Positions 1 to 9,356 of a DNA stretch of 64,000 nucleotides are shown here, piece by piece; positions within the stretch are counted from its first letter, which is position 1; every line of letters begins with the position of its first letter. Source of the stretch: a virus (Duplodnaviria; Heunggongvirae; Uroviricota; Caudoviricetes). The position numbers were made by a program, and so were the translations under genes. The stretch covers positions 368,711 through 432,710 of IMG/VR virus record IMGVR_UViG_3300015615_000629; one strand, given 5' to 3'. The notes under the pieces were generated by a model. That model made no database searches and was not told the DNA's origin. It saw only the letters and a program-made list of their open reading frames with translations.

Positions 1-545
1 TCGGAAACGTTCCGCTTGCGGCCAGAATCAATGACAAACTGTGCTTCGGGCAAAACCTGCCAAGTCACATAGAACACAGCAGGCTTTTCAGCACGAATGA
101 CGCCTTCCATGCGGTGCTGCCCATTTGCCAAGTTTCCTTCCGTGGTAATCGAAATGCTCTCGTCCGTGGGCACCCAATTACCAGCCCCGATATCCCGTCC
201 ATAGGCGGCAGCAGAGGAATCGGTAATATTTCGAATATTCCGATTGAACTTGAGACATTCGGCTGCCATTTCCGGACTTACCAAGACAAACTCGGAATAC
301 TGAATATTCTGCTTCGGGTGCTGAAACCAAGCTCTTCCGGTTCTCTTGGCCTCGGCAAGGTAGTACGCCTGATTGGCAATGGCGACCTGCGTAATCTCTT
401 GCAGCGGGCCTTCCCCTGCCGACGGCAAGGCAGATTTCTCTCCAGGCCGGGCGAAATTGACGCCCGCACGAGCCAACCGTTGCATCGTTCGTTCTGCAAG
501 CTGGCTCTGAATCGTAACTTCCGGCTTCTTAGTTGCAGTAGCCAT
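1..545 (-). CDS. ParB/Srx-like (DGQHR-type) domain protein, truncated at window edge
   Basis: Hand translation from ATG at 545: MATATKKPEV...VLVSPEMAAECLKFNRNIRNIT...GNWVPTDESISITTEGNLANGQHRMEGVIRAEK...VIDSGRKRN, open to base 1. Not in ORF track. Promoter at 593-620. Confidence 0.75.
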   Translation of the reverse strand, partial: MATATKKPEVTIQSQLAERTMQRLARAGVNFARPGEKSALPSAGEGPLQEITQVAIANQAYYLAEAKRTGRAWFQHPKQNIQYSEFVLVSPEMAAECLKFNRNIRNITDSSAAAYGRDIGAGNWVPTDESISITTEGNLANGQHRMEGVIRAEKPAVFYVTWQVLPEAQFVIDSGRKRNVS

Positions 546-592
546 GCGTTTTTGCCCTTGGGGCTTGTGGTAGAAAACCTCGATTCCCAAGC

Positions 593-620
593 AAACTAGC
601 ACAAAAAACCGATTTGTCAA
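593..620 (-). promoter_or_regulatory. sigma70-type early promoter
   Basis: Minus strand TTGACA-16nt-TAGTTT with TTGTGC directly before the -10. Confidence 0.65.
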
Positions 621-666
621 CTGTGGCACTAGGATTGCACAGCAAATTTTGGAAAAACTGGTTTTT

Positions 667-897
667 CTAGGCGAACGTAATCGTTATCCAGTTACCAGAA
701 GTCGTAGTTGTGCATGTAGATGTAGTATAGCAGATATCTCTTAACTTAATCACAGCCTCTGGACTCGGCTTTAGTGAAGTATTTTCTGAAAACATTCCGG
801 CGTTTAAAAAGTCTTCATCTTTCAACCATGCATTTTTCGGTTTCATAGATTCTCCTCTTTTGGCAGGCTCATTTGTTGATTCATACTTAAAGCCCAA
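667..897 (-). CDS. hypothetical protein
   Basis: ORF co-oriented in the minus-strand run; start uncertain. Confidence 0.4.
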   Translation of the reverse strand: MGFKYESTNEPAKRGESMKPKNAWLKDEDFLNAGMFSENTSLKPSPEAVIKLRDICYTTSTCTTTTSGNWITITFA

Positions 898-1283
898 CCT
901 GTTATATTAAATCTTAACATAGATTTATAAGGATACACAGGCCAAAATTCAAATTTATTTGCATAAAAATCTTTTATTCCATCGGTTAGGTAAAAAGACT
1001 TGCCGTGTAAGCTCATTAGGCTGAGTTTTACATAAATTGGCGACATAATTGCCAGATTATGAGGTGTTACATCTGTTTCTCCAATCTGCCATCTTGGTTC
1101 CTCCAGAACCCAAATATCCACATCAAAAGAGTCTAAAAAGTTGTTTATTTCGTGCTGGCTTTTCGAAGAATAATACTGTGTAAGCGTTTCAGTCCAATTA
1201 ATATCAGAAGAGATATTTAGTTTAAATGGAACTTTAAAATCCAAATTGTATAAATCTGTAATTGACAACCATTGATTTTCCAT
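843..1283 (-). CDS. hypothetical protein
   Basis: Likely start MENQWLS at 1283, just after the upstream stop at 1291. Confidence 0.5.
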   Translation of the reverse strand: MENQWLSITDLYNLDFKVPFKLNISSDINWTETLTQYYSSKSQHEINNFLDSFDVDIWVLEEPRWQIGETDVTPHNLAIMSPIYVKLSLMSLHGKSFYLTDGIKDFYANKFEFWPVYPYKSMLRFNITGWALSMNQQMSLPKEENL

Positions 1284-1290
1284 TTGATCC

Positions 1291-2022
1291 TTACATAATT
1301 TGGAATTTCTGCTTATCAGAAATATAGAGATTTTCCCCAAACTCCAACTGGAACCAGATATTGTATAATCCACAGTCCAAATCAAGGTCATCTGTATCCA
1401 AAAAGTAATATCCTACGTTTTTTTCTCTAAAGTCCACATCGGCATTTTCCACAATCAATTCTGAATCTGTTGGAACGCAATCGCCGCAATCTTTCTCGAT
1501 AGAAACCTTTATTGGGGATACAATCGTGAGATTTTCGTAATACTTCTCCAAATCCGTCGCCCTCGGCACATTGGGAACAACATTTATCATTATCCAACGC
1601 TTCGAACCAATCCTAAATCGGTTTGGTTTAAATGAAAAATTAAAATCATAAACAACAGGAATTGGTGTCGTGAACCATAGAGATGGGAAAATCTCAAAGT
1701 TGTTCTCTATCTCTGCAGCCGCCGACTCTTCTGAAAATTTAACTGTCCAAATGTCCAGGTATCTTCCGATAGTATATTTGCCTTCTTCTAATAAGGCAGA
1801 TACTGAGTATTGTCCTTCACTAATTGTCTCAATATCTGTAATTGTTTCTACTAATCTCCTGCCATCTGGATTTATATCTGTTCTTTCGTTTTTGTCGAGA
1901 AAATAAATGTCTACTTGTTCGACTGACGACACAGATGCTCTAGCATTCGCGTTGTAGGTGAACATTTTTAGGACGACAGTATCGCCTATTGCTGGGTTTT
2001 GATATCTTTGTTTTTCTGGCAT
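1291..2022 (-). CDS. putative virion structural protein (beta-rich)
   Basis: 243 aa ORF, ATAAATAA late-promoter-like motif just upstream, near baseplate gene. Confidence 0.5.
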   Translation of the reverse strand: MPEKQRYQNPAIGDTVVLKMFTYNANARASVSSVEQVDIYFLDKNERTDINPDGRRLVETITDIETISEGQYSVSALLEEGKYTIGRYLDIWTVKFSEESAAAEIENNFEIFPSLWFTTPIPVVYDFNFSFKPNRFRIGSKRWIMINVVPNVPRATDLEKYYENLTIVSPIKVSIEKDCGDCVPTDSELIVENADVDFREKNVGYYFLDTDDLDLDCGLYNIWFQLEFGENLYISDKQKFQIM

Positions 2023-2240
2023 GGTTTATTTATTACATTAAATTGACTAAAAATATGTTCTATAAATGATGTCGCTAAATTCTTTTTACTCAAATCAAAA
2101 TTCCAAGTAATCGAATTATGCCCTCTACAAAGAATTGAGCCATCCACCGATCTGTAAATTTCAGAATCATTAAACAATGGTTCTATTTCATTTTGACTTA
2201 TCCAATGATTCATTTTTTCCATATCTGTTGATGAGCCCAC
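1986..2240 (-). CDS. hypothetical protein
   Basis: ORF in co-oriented run. Confidence 0.4.
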   Translation of the reverse strand: MGSSTDMEKMNHWISQNEIEPLFNDSEIYRSVDGSILCRGHNSITWNFDLSKKNLATSFIEHIFSQFNVINKPCQKNKDIKTQQ

Positions 2241-2452
2241 ATCGAACGATCAATTCTGTACATGGTTATGGCGTCTTTCATTAATTTCATATAATTATAG
2301 ATTTTGAAATCAATAGTATCGGCTTTTTCGTAAGTAATGCGGTTTTTAAATAAGTCTTTTCTTTCTTCGTCGTTTATCCAAGGATTCATTGCGGTTCCTT
2401 TAAAATCAAATGCGTTGTAAAGTTTGTATTTCAAGTATTCCTCATCACTCAT
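2210..2452 (-). CDS. hypothetical protein
   Basis: ATG overlaps upstream TGA (ATGA coupling). Confidence 0.5.
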   Translation of the reverse strand: MSDEEYLKYKLYNAFDFKGTAMNPWINDEERKDLFKNRITYEKADTIDFKIYNYMKLMKDAITMYRIDRSMWAHQQIWKK

Positions 2453-2607
2453 TTCTTGCCTTTAGTTGCACTTTGCATGTGTTCATCTTCCCTTTGTCTT
2501 TGCTGAATAAACCGTTCAATGAACCATCTGCGTTCATGAATCGGTAATTGCATCACAATACTTGGGGAAACTTTAAAATTATAAAAGAAGAAAAACTTCT
2601 CTTCCAT
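2449..2607 (-). CDS. baseplate hub assembly catalyst (T4 gp51-like); possible -1 frameshift extension of upstream gene
   Basis: Hand translation MEEKFFFFYNFKVSPSIVMQLPIHERRWFIERFIQQRQREDEHMQSATKGKK; the LP..ERRW(F/Y)I pattern is typical. Absent from ORF track. Confidence 0.7.
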   Translation of the reverse strand: MEEKFFFFYNFKVSPSIVMQLPIHERRWFIERFIQQRQREDEHMQSATKGKK

Positions 2608-2624
2608 TAGGTTTTCCCAAAGCT

Positions 2625-3701
2625 CTAGGCTTGAGTCTCGTCCTGACTCGTCTTCTTCACTTTGGGGAAGAAAAAATTTGCTTCCATCTCCAATGGAACC
2701 TCAAATTCTTCAGCACAATAAGGACAAAGCATCCCAACTTCGGTATCAACCCCAAATGGAGGATCATTTGTCAAATTTCTTATGTAATTCAAATCTTCCA
2801 TTGGCAACTGTTTCATAAGTTGCATTAATTCCAACTTGTCAGTCAAGCCTTCAATGTCATCAACCAATACGGATAAACCGAAAATCATGGTGTCATCTTT
2901 TCTTTGCGATGCATCAAATTTCTCGTTTTTCGTATTTTTATAGTCTAAAATCCTTTGCTGATCTAAGAAAATTGGCAAATGATACTGGAAAGTAAAGCCG
3001 GTACGGGGCAATTTAGACACTAAATCTTTTGGCCCAAAGTTATCGGGACAATCCGTTTTATCCAACATGTTCAAGTCAACAGTGGTTGGAAATTGTCTGT
3101 AACACTCCTTGCACTTTACTTCTACATCATAATCCTGAGTATAAGAAATACCCCTTAGATAAATAGTTAAGAAATCTCTGTCCTTAATCAAGAAATGATC
3201 GCTATTGTATTCTTTGCCAATACAGTTGTTAAGGATCATGGACATAACCCTGTTACTTTTTACAAATCTTTGTGTGGCAAGGAGTTCCTCTTCTTCACCG
3301 GTCATAACACGTAGGGAAAGCCTGCCATCCGAGGGACCATCGTCTCCATTGTAAAACTTGCCTAAAGATGGCAGTAAAACTTCTTCAAATTGTCCTGTAA
3401 TCTGCTTGGTTCTGCCAACAAGGTCTTCGTATTTACTAGAACCCGCTTTTCGCATGGATGGAGCATTTCGGTCCATCGGTAGTCCCTGTCTCATGCGTTC
3501 GGCTTCTTTTTGGAATTGAGGCGGAACATTTCCAATTTGGGGACGCCATTCCCCCATAGGTTGTTCGGCTTCTTGGGTGGCTGCTCGACGAACTTCTGCC
3601 ATTTTCTCTAGTTTGGCAATGCCATCGTCTTCAAGGGGTTGAGCTTGAAATTCGGCTGGATTTATACTTTTTTTCTGTGGGCGGAAAACTTCTTCTTCCA
3701 T
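2625..3701 (-). CDS. baseplate hub / tail assembly protein (T4 gp26-like)
   Basis: EVLLPSLGKFY, LRVMTGEEEELL, LIKDRDFLTIYLRGISY, CKEC...CPYC motifs. Confidence 0.75.
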   Translation of the reverse strand: MEEEVFRPQKKSINPAEFQAQPLEDDGIAKLEKMAEVRRAATQEAEQPMGEWRPQIGNVPPQFQKEAERMRQGLPMDRNAPSMRKAGSSKYEDLVGRTKQITGQFEEVLLPSLGKFYNGDDGPSDGRLSLRVMTGEEEELLATQRFVKSNRVMSMILNNCIGKEYNSDHFLIKDRDFLTIYLRGISYTQDYDVEVKCKECYRQFPTTVDLNMLDKTDCPDNFGPKDLVSKLPRTGFTFQYHLPIFLDQQRILDYKNTKNEKFDASQRKDDTMIFGLSVLVDDIEGLTDKLELMQLMKQLPMEDLNYIRNLTNDPPFGVDTEVGMLCPYCAEEFEVPLEMEANFFFPKVKKTSQDETQA

Positions 3702-3733
3702 TTTAACTCCTATATTCTAATAAAATAGTAACC

Positions 3734-4096
3734 ATGCTTAAACTTAATATCCAAAATGTCGAAGATATTGTCTTTTCTGACAAAGATTTACGAAAAAAAT
3801 TGCCTGAATTGAACCATTTGTTCGTTACTTGGGATATGTCTAAAATGTCCTTCGCCATGCGTCATATCGGTAAGCGGGCCTGTCTCGACTTTCTATCCCA
3901 AGTTAATCCGGAACAAATAGAAATCATATCTCAACATATTAATTTTAGTTTGTCTGTTGATGTTTTAGACAGCAAACTAGTAAAAAATATTGATTCTACG
4001 ATTGATAAAGTTTCTGAGGAACTTGAGGAGGCGGGCAACTATAATATAGCTGCGTATCGAGAAGGCGAACAGGTTTATCTATCGTTGTGGAAGTAA
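3734..4096 (+). CDS. hypothetical protein
   Basis: 120 aa ORF opening a plus-strand run. Confidence 0.6.
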   Translation: MLKLNIQNVEDIVFSDKDLRKKLPELNHLFVTWDMSKMSFAMRHIGKRACLDFLSQVNPEQIEIISQHINFSLSVDVLDSKLVKNIDSTIDKVSEELEEAGNYNIAAYREGEQVYLSLWK

Positions 4097-4266
4097 AAAA
4101 TGCAAGAACAAACCAATTTTGTTGAAATTTTTAAATTATTGGATAAAGAATCCATAGACAAAATAGCCAAACTTGTTAAGATTCTTGATGTAGACAAGAT
4201 AAATAAGTTCATAGAGAAAGTAGATATTGTTGATGGCAATTTGCAAATCAATATAAGGATTACCAT

Positions 4267-4566
4267 ATGAGTGAGATTCTTTTCTTTATTTTCGGTGTAA
4301 TTGGCTTAACCCATATCGTCGTGGATAGTCAACTCATGGCTCCAGTTCGGGATTGGCTCAAAAAGATTCTTCCTCCCAAGATTTTTACCATTTTCCAATG
4401 CTATCAATGCAGCGGATTTTGGTGTGGTTTAATATGTGGTTGGTTTATCCTAACCCATAGTATTCCTTTAGTTATCTTGGCCGGTTGTGCAGGAAGCTTT
4501 TTGGCTCAAATGGGTGCTCTATACCTCAATTACCTAGAGGCTAAGTCGATTGTTGACGGAAAATAA
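4267..4566 (+). CDS. small membrane protein, DUF1360-like
   Basis: Three hydrophobic segments with CYQCSGFW (CxxCxGxW) motif. Confidence 0.55.
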   Translation: MSEILFFIFGVIGLTHIVVDSQLMAPVRDWLKKILPPKIFTIFQCYQCSGFWCGLICGWFILTHSIPLVILAGCAGSFLAQMGALYLNYLEAKSIVDGK

Positions 4567-4843
4567 GCTTTACATGTTCTATTGCGAGTTCTGTAATTGG
4601 AAAAAGATTACAGATGGCAAAGAACTACCCACAGAACAGGCTAGAGCGTCGATCCAACGCACAATTCCTAAATTAGACCCAGAAACAAATAAAACAGTTG
4701 CGGCTACTAATATAAATCTACCAAGGAAATTCAAGTGCCCCAAATGTGGTCGCGGAATTTCTCCTAAAGTTTATTTTGATCCCACCCCAAAACAAAAGAT
4801 AATGGAGCCAATTCAAGTTGAGAATCGGACTACTTCAGGTTAA
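4550..4843 (+). CDS. zinc-ribbon protein
   Basis: CEFC...CPKC. Confidence 0.6.
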   Translation: MLTENKLYMFYCEFCNWKKITDGKELPTEQARASIQRTIPKLDPETNKTVAATNINLPRKFKCPKCGRGISPKVYFDPTPKQKIMEPIQVENRTTSG

Positions 4844-5177
4844 AGAAGCCCTCAAAGACGCCAGATTTCGTGATATTCTTCCACTCGATTTAAGAGAAGA
4901 TGTGGCAAAATTTCTACAAAATCCAGGCTGTGCCTGTAATCTGCCTCTTTATCGTCGTCTAATCAAAGACTGCAAAAAAGAACTAGCCGAATACTATCCA
5001 GGTTCGGAAATAGTCGAAGATGAACCGCCCAAACCCGCAAATAGATTTTCTGTCATTAATTGCAACATAGAAGAATTAGAGAATAAACTAAAAACTCTAC
5101 CACCTGGACGGAAACAAATCGCCGTTACAAGATTTCAAGACCAAGTCACTGTTATAGTAAATGAACTCGACTCATGA
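4818..5177 (+). CDS. hypothetical protein (PGCACN motif)
   Basis: ORF in coupled run. Confidence 0.55.
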   Translation: MRIGLLQVKEALKDARFRDILPLDLREDVAKFLQNPGCACNLPLYRRLIKDCKKELAEYYPGSEIVEDEPPKPANRFSVINCNIEELENKLKTLPPGRKQIAVTRFQDQVTVIVNELDS

Positions 5178-5934
5178 ATTCATTTTAGGCGATTGTATCG
5201 AACAGATGAAACTCTTGCCGGCACATACGGTTGATGTCGTCATTACTTCTCCCCCTTACAATCTAAAAGTGGATTATAAATCCTATAACGATAATCTGAA
5301 AAGGGAAAAATATCTAGAGTGGACAGATGCTTGGATGACCGAAGTCAAACGTCTCATGAAACCCAAAGCATCCTTCTTTTTTAACTTTGCAGCGGCTTGT
5401 TCCGATTCATGGCTTCCTACAGAAGTAGCCTGTATTGCTAAAAAACATTTCTGTTTGCAAAACAAATTTATTTGGCTCAAGTCCGTTTCAATTGGGGATG
5501 ATAGTTATGGACATTTTAAGCCAATAAATCATGGCAACAGATTGGTAAACAGACTTTACGAGGATGTTTACCATTTGACATTAGACGAGCATGTAGAATT
5601 GGATAGAAAGGCGATTGGAGTGCCTTATATTGATAAATTCAATGCTAAACGTTGGGGGAACAGTGAAGATTTAAGATGTCGTGGAAATGTCTGGTTTGTG
5701 CCGTATAAGACGGTACATAGTAAATTAGAAAAGAGACATCCAGCGTCCTTCCCCCCTGGCTTGGTAGAAAATTGCATAAAACTGCATGGTTTATCTAGAT
5801 GCAAACTTGTTCTTGACCCTTTTGGTGGAATAGGAACAGTTTCTAGAGTTTGTTCTTCGCTCGATATTTCTTCCATTTGTATTGAACTAGATGCCGATTA
5901 TCTAGAAATTGGTAGAAAATCTGTAAATAATTAA
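5161..5934 (+). CDS. DNA amino-methyltransferase (beta class, N4-C/N6-A)
   Basis: Catalytic TSPPYN precedes SAM-binding VLDPFGGIGT; HPASFP motif. Confidence 0.9.
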   Translation: MNSTHEFILGDCIEQMKLLPAHTVDVVITSPPYNLKVDYKSYNDNLKREKYLEWTDAWMTEVKRLMKPKASFFFNFAAACSDSWLPTEVACIAKKHFCLQNKFIWLKSVSIGDDSYGHFKPINHGNRLVNRLYEDVYHLTLDEHVELDRKAIGVPYIDKFNAKRWGNSEDLRCRGNVWFVPYKTVHSKLEKRHPASFPPGLVENCIKLHGLSRCKLVLDPFGGIGTVSRVCSSLDISSICIELDADYLEIGRKSVNN

Positions 5935-6786
5935 ATGGAATTTCGTCAATGGCTAGTAGAAATGCCGTTATCTCATTACGGCTGGAAATATAACGTTAAG
6001 GAACCATTTCCAAATCAAGCCAATTTTGAACGCATTCACAAAGTAAGAGAACCAAGGCAATTCTTTATTTCCGATAGAAAAAGAATCCTTTCTGTTAGGA
6101 ATAAATTTGAAGAAATACTTAATAGGACACCATTCAAATGGAACGTTATTTTCTTAGAATCCCCTCCGGAAAGAATCCATCAAGACGCCTTAAACTACAT
6201 CGAAGCAAATAATGTTCAAACCCAAGGACATATAACCTTTGTTAAAAATAGTTCTTCTGGAGAACAGTTTACTCCGTGGATCCTCTGTCATGTGATCAGC
6301 CATTCCCTAGACTCTGATATGTTCAATCCTACCAAACCAGTTCATAAAGAAAACATGAAATCAGGGTCTATAGTAAATGATTTGATCGGTGCATTGTCTA
6401 AAAAATTTAGCGAATTGGACTTATTTCCGCAACGCCTTTACGGTGTAGATCATAAAATATTAGATTTTTTAATCCCTTATATGCCATTCAAATCCGCTAG
6501 GACTAGCATGCAAGCCATGATTAAATCTGGTATGAATTTCGCCCAAAGTAAGGGAGCAATCCAAAGCAATAGTGAATGTGTCCATGAACTTTTAGCATAT
6601 TATCTCTTTAATTCTGGGAAAATTAAACTTCAGCAGATAAAAGAAGATCATCCCATAGAAGACCTGCCAAAAACATTTAGATATCCTTCAGATAACGATT
6701 TAAGAGCAATCGAAAAGACTATTGAAAATGTCTTTACTGCAGAACTAAGGGCAGCGGTTGGACATATAATATTTGATGCTTTCTAA
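5935..6786 (+). CDS. hypothetical protein with capsid-targeting-like N-terminus
   Basis: Starts MEFRQWLVE; TAAATA at 5924-5929. Confidence 0.65.
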   Translation: MEFRQWLVEMPLSHYGWKYNVKEPFPNQANFERIHKVREPRQFFISDRKRILSVRNKFEEILNRTPFKWNVIFLESPPERIHQDALNYIEANNVQTQGHITFVKNSSSGEQFTPWILCHVISHSLDSDMFNPTKPVHKENMKSGSIVNDLIGALSKKFSELDLFPQRLYGVDHKILDFLIPYMPFKSARTSMQAMIKSGMNFAQSKGAIQSNSECVHELLAYYLFNSGKIKLQQIKEDHPIEDLPKTFRYPSDNDLRAIEKTIENVFTAELRAAVGHIIFDAF

Positions 6787-7720
6787 GGGCAACCGCACCT
6801 TCGTCACAAAACAACAAAAAAGCCTTCCAAGTCCTGTCTAATTCGCTAGTTGTATCTTCCATCGATGGAATCTGCTGATGCGTTCCATATTCAACTACCA
6901 CGCTAAAACTACCGTGTTTATAATACCAATCTGCCTCTGTGCCATAAATGGGAGAATTGTACATAGTACACAACCTAATTAACTTATAATTAGACAATTT
7001 AGCCATTCTGCCAACAATGTCCTGATAAATAGCATCGTCCGGACAACGTTCATTTCTATCTCCCCAAGGCATGCCATATACTCTGCCGAAGGTGTGCCCC
7101 GCCCACACTGCTCCAAACTTCTCTTTCAAAACAAATTCTTTTAAGCATTCAACCGGTGGAATAGATTTTTTATCTGGATTTCTCTCTGTTGGAAAATCCC
7201 TATTTGGGTCAACTCCGTCCACATGTCTAGAATGCGGAAACGAATCTGGTGATACCACAGGAATGAAATAAATGTCTCTGCTATCTAAAAGTTCCGTAAC
7301 TTCGTCTTTCCTGCCATATTCTGATAACAAAGTTCCTATGTAACCCATTACAGCAGAAGTAGCCCAAGGTTCATTTCCATGAATACATGCTGTAATTAAA
7401 ACCTTTGGCTTGCCTTCTGTGCCTGTTCTAAAGAAATATAAGTCCTTGCCACGATTGCTTTTACCATAAGTCCCTACGGAACTCATCTCAGAAGATTCTT
7501 TTTCCCATGTTTTTAGTTGTTCTACAACTTTGTCATAAGCAAGATGCCCTGGAATCTTTGTAGAAATCTCAAACGATTCTGGCTGAGAATTCTCAAATTC
7601 AGTATAGGTTTCTCGATAATCTTGAACTAGAGGTTCAGATGGCTTGTTTTTGTCGAAGATTGCAAAAGCAAGTAAAACAGAAAGAAAAACCGTCCCTAGT
7701 TTTAGATATCGCTCCATCAA
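6734..7720 (-). CDS. exported M14 zinc carboxypeptidase
   Basis: N-terminal signal/TM; IHGNEP (HxxE), DPNRDF, third His in AGHT, C-terminal VVEYG. Confidence 0.85.
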   Translation of the reverse strand: MMERYLKLGTVFLSVLLAFAIFDKNKPSEPLVQDYRETYTEFENSQPESFEISTKIPGHLAYDKVVEQLKTWEKESSEMSSVGTYGKSNRGKDLYFFRTGTEGKPKVLITACIHGNEPWATSAVMGYIGTLLSEYGRKDEVTELLDSRDIYFIPVVSPDSFPHSRHVDGVDPNRDFPTERNPDKKSIPPVECLKEFVLKEKFGAVWAGHTFGRVYGMPWGDRNERCPDDAIYQDIVGRMAKLSNYKLIRLCTMYNSPIYGTEADWYYKHGSFSVVVEYGTHQQIPSMEDTTSELDRTWKAFLLFCDEGAVALRKHQILYVQPLPLVLQ

Positions 7721-7729
7721 AAGTATGTA

Positions 7730-8641
7730 TCATTTCAGAACTGCGAAATATTCGCTACCTCCCAGAAACGTCTCACAATTCTTAATCATTTTCTCTGGAT
7801 ACTCTTTGTACTTGGAAATCTCTACGGGTAGTTCGTCCAAGCCTCTTACCAAACCTCCTAACATGGCGTTTTCATAGAAACTCTTTGCCTTTCCAAATTC
7901 TTTCACTCGAAAGTAGATATCTCCCAACAAACACCAGAACTCAGCCATATGTGGATATTCCTTTAAGCATGGCAGCAAATGTTCTATGGCTTCCTTTATT
8001 TTATCTTGATAAAGGAATACCTGAGCCATTGTGTATAGACAAAATAGCCTAGAAGACCCTTTTTCCTCTAAAAACAAATAATGCTGTGCCATGTTAAGAA
8101 ATTCTTTTAATTTTCTGTTTTTAAGAAAATGACAAGCATAGTAATAATAAGGGTCTGATAAAGTAGGTTTTTCCTTTATCCAATCCTTAAGACATTGCTC
8201 CATATCGGGCTCATTAGGGGCTCCCAGGCTATAAATAAAATTATCTTTTAAGATTTTGGCATCTGAGGTCACATTTTCATAAACTGGGTTTTCATATTTT
8301 AAATTTAGATTTTTACTCCAAAGCCTAATCGGCTTGGTTAAGATGTCTTTTTCTATAATTTGAACTCTGTAACAACCTTCTGCTGGGATGTTCATATGTT
8401 CTATGATTTCCCACGGCTCTAAGTGCAATATCCATTTAGAGTTACATTCATCGGTTAGGAGGTTTCTGGCATGGCTTCGATTGTTTTTTGACTTTAGTAT
8501 TTTAACTTTAAATGCTTTTAGGATGGAGAGGGTGTCATCGGTCGAGCCAAAATCTACTGCCAGACAGGGATAATGTATAGATTTTAAACACTTTTCAAGT
8601 GTTTTTTGATTGTTCTTGGTTAGAAGGCAGACGTTTAGCAT
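7730..8641 (-). CDS. GT2-family glycosyltransferase with TPR repeats
   Basis: NVCLLTKN...LEKCLKS, VDFGSTDDT, followed by TPR-like helices. Confidence 0.75.
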   Translation of the reverse strand: MLNVCLLTKNNQKTLEKCLKSIHYPCLAVDFGSTDDTLSILKAFKVKILKSKNNRSHARNLLTDECNSKWILHLEPWEIIEHMNIPAEGCYRVQIIEKDILTKPIRLWSKNLNLKYENPVYENVTSDAKILKDNFIYSLGAPNEPDMEQCLKDWIKEKPTLSDPYYYYACHFLKNRKLKEFLNMAQHYLFLEEKGSSRLFCLYTMAQVFLYQDKIKEAIEHLLPCLKEYPHMAEFWCLLGDIYFRVKEFGKAKSFYENAMLGGLVRGLDELPVEISKYKEYPEKMIKNCETFLGGSEYFAVLK

Positions 8642-8777
8642 TAATTATCTTTTCAAAAGCTTTTCTTTGGGGGGTATTTTCAGGGTAATTTTTTGCAATT
8701 TGTACGTAGTTTTCAATGTTTTCGGGAGAATTGAGCATCTGTGTAAAAAATTTATTCAAATTTTTTTGTCTTAACAT
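8595..8777 (-). CDS. hypothetical protein
   Basis: CTAATATAG motif just upstream of ATG. Confidence 0.45.
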   Translation of the reverse strand: MLRQKNLNKFFTQMLNSPENIENYVQIAKNYPENTPQRKAFEKIINAKRLPSNQEQSKNT

Positions 8778-8801
8778 GTTATATCGTACTATATTAGACT
8801 T

Positions 8802-9356
8802 ATGGCGAAGAAAGAATACCTTAATAATAAGGCATTAGAATCTAAAATTATAAGTTATTTACAGATTCAATACGACGTAGCCAGATACAATCTACTTATA
8901 GAAGAATTAGAAGAAACAAAACAGCGTAAGGCGATTCGTCAAGTGGATTCATCAAGAGAAGACGGTTTAATTCCGCAATATCGTATTGATTTAGGCAAAC
9001 TTAAAAACGAGTTTTCCAAGTTTGAAGGGCTGTTAACCACTGATTTTTACGCTTTATCTACAAATTTCGCCCGCTACGTCGTCTATTCTAAGTTTTATCT
9101 TCTCGAAGAAGAAGATGCGGTTCAAGAAGCAGTTTCTACCTGTTTCGCCAAGATTAATCTGTTTAATCCTAAAAAGGGCAAAGCTTTTAACTATATGACA
9201 ACTTGTATTCATAACCATTTTAAACAACTTCACAGGGGAGCAAAAAATTTTGAGGAATTCAAGAAAAGATATCGTAACTATCTTAACTCAAAATATTATA
9301 AGAATTTGTCGAAAAATATGGAAGATATTCCAATAGCACAAGGAAAAATGGAATGA
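8802..9356 (+). CDS. phage late sigma factor (T4 gp55-like)
   Basis: EYLNNKAL and FNPKKGKAFNYMTTCIHNHFKQ parallel gp55 YVNNKEL and [23 protein letters not shown]. Confidence 0.75.
   Translation: MAKKEYLNNKALESKIISYLQIQYDVARYNLLIEELEETKQRKAIRQVDSSREDGLIPQYRIDLGKLKNEFSKFEGLLTTDFYALSTNFARYVVYSKFYLLEEEDAVQEAVSTCFAKINLFNPKKGKAFNYMTTCIHNHFKQLHRGAKNFEEFKKRYRNYLNSKYYKNLSKNMEDIPIAQGKME

Noticed and set aside
114-599. 161 aa plus-strand ORF and 278-499 minus-strand ORF
   Set aside because: Shadows of the ParB-like gene on the minus strand (1-545), which has recognisable motifs and a promoter.
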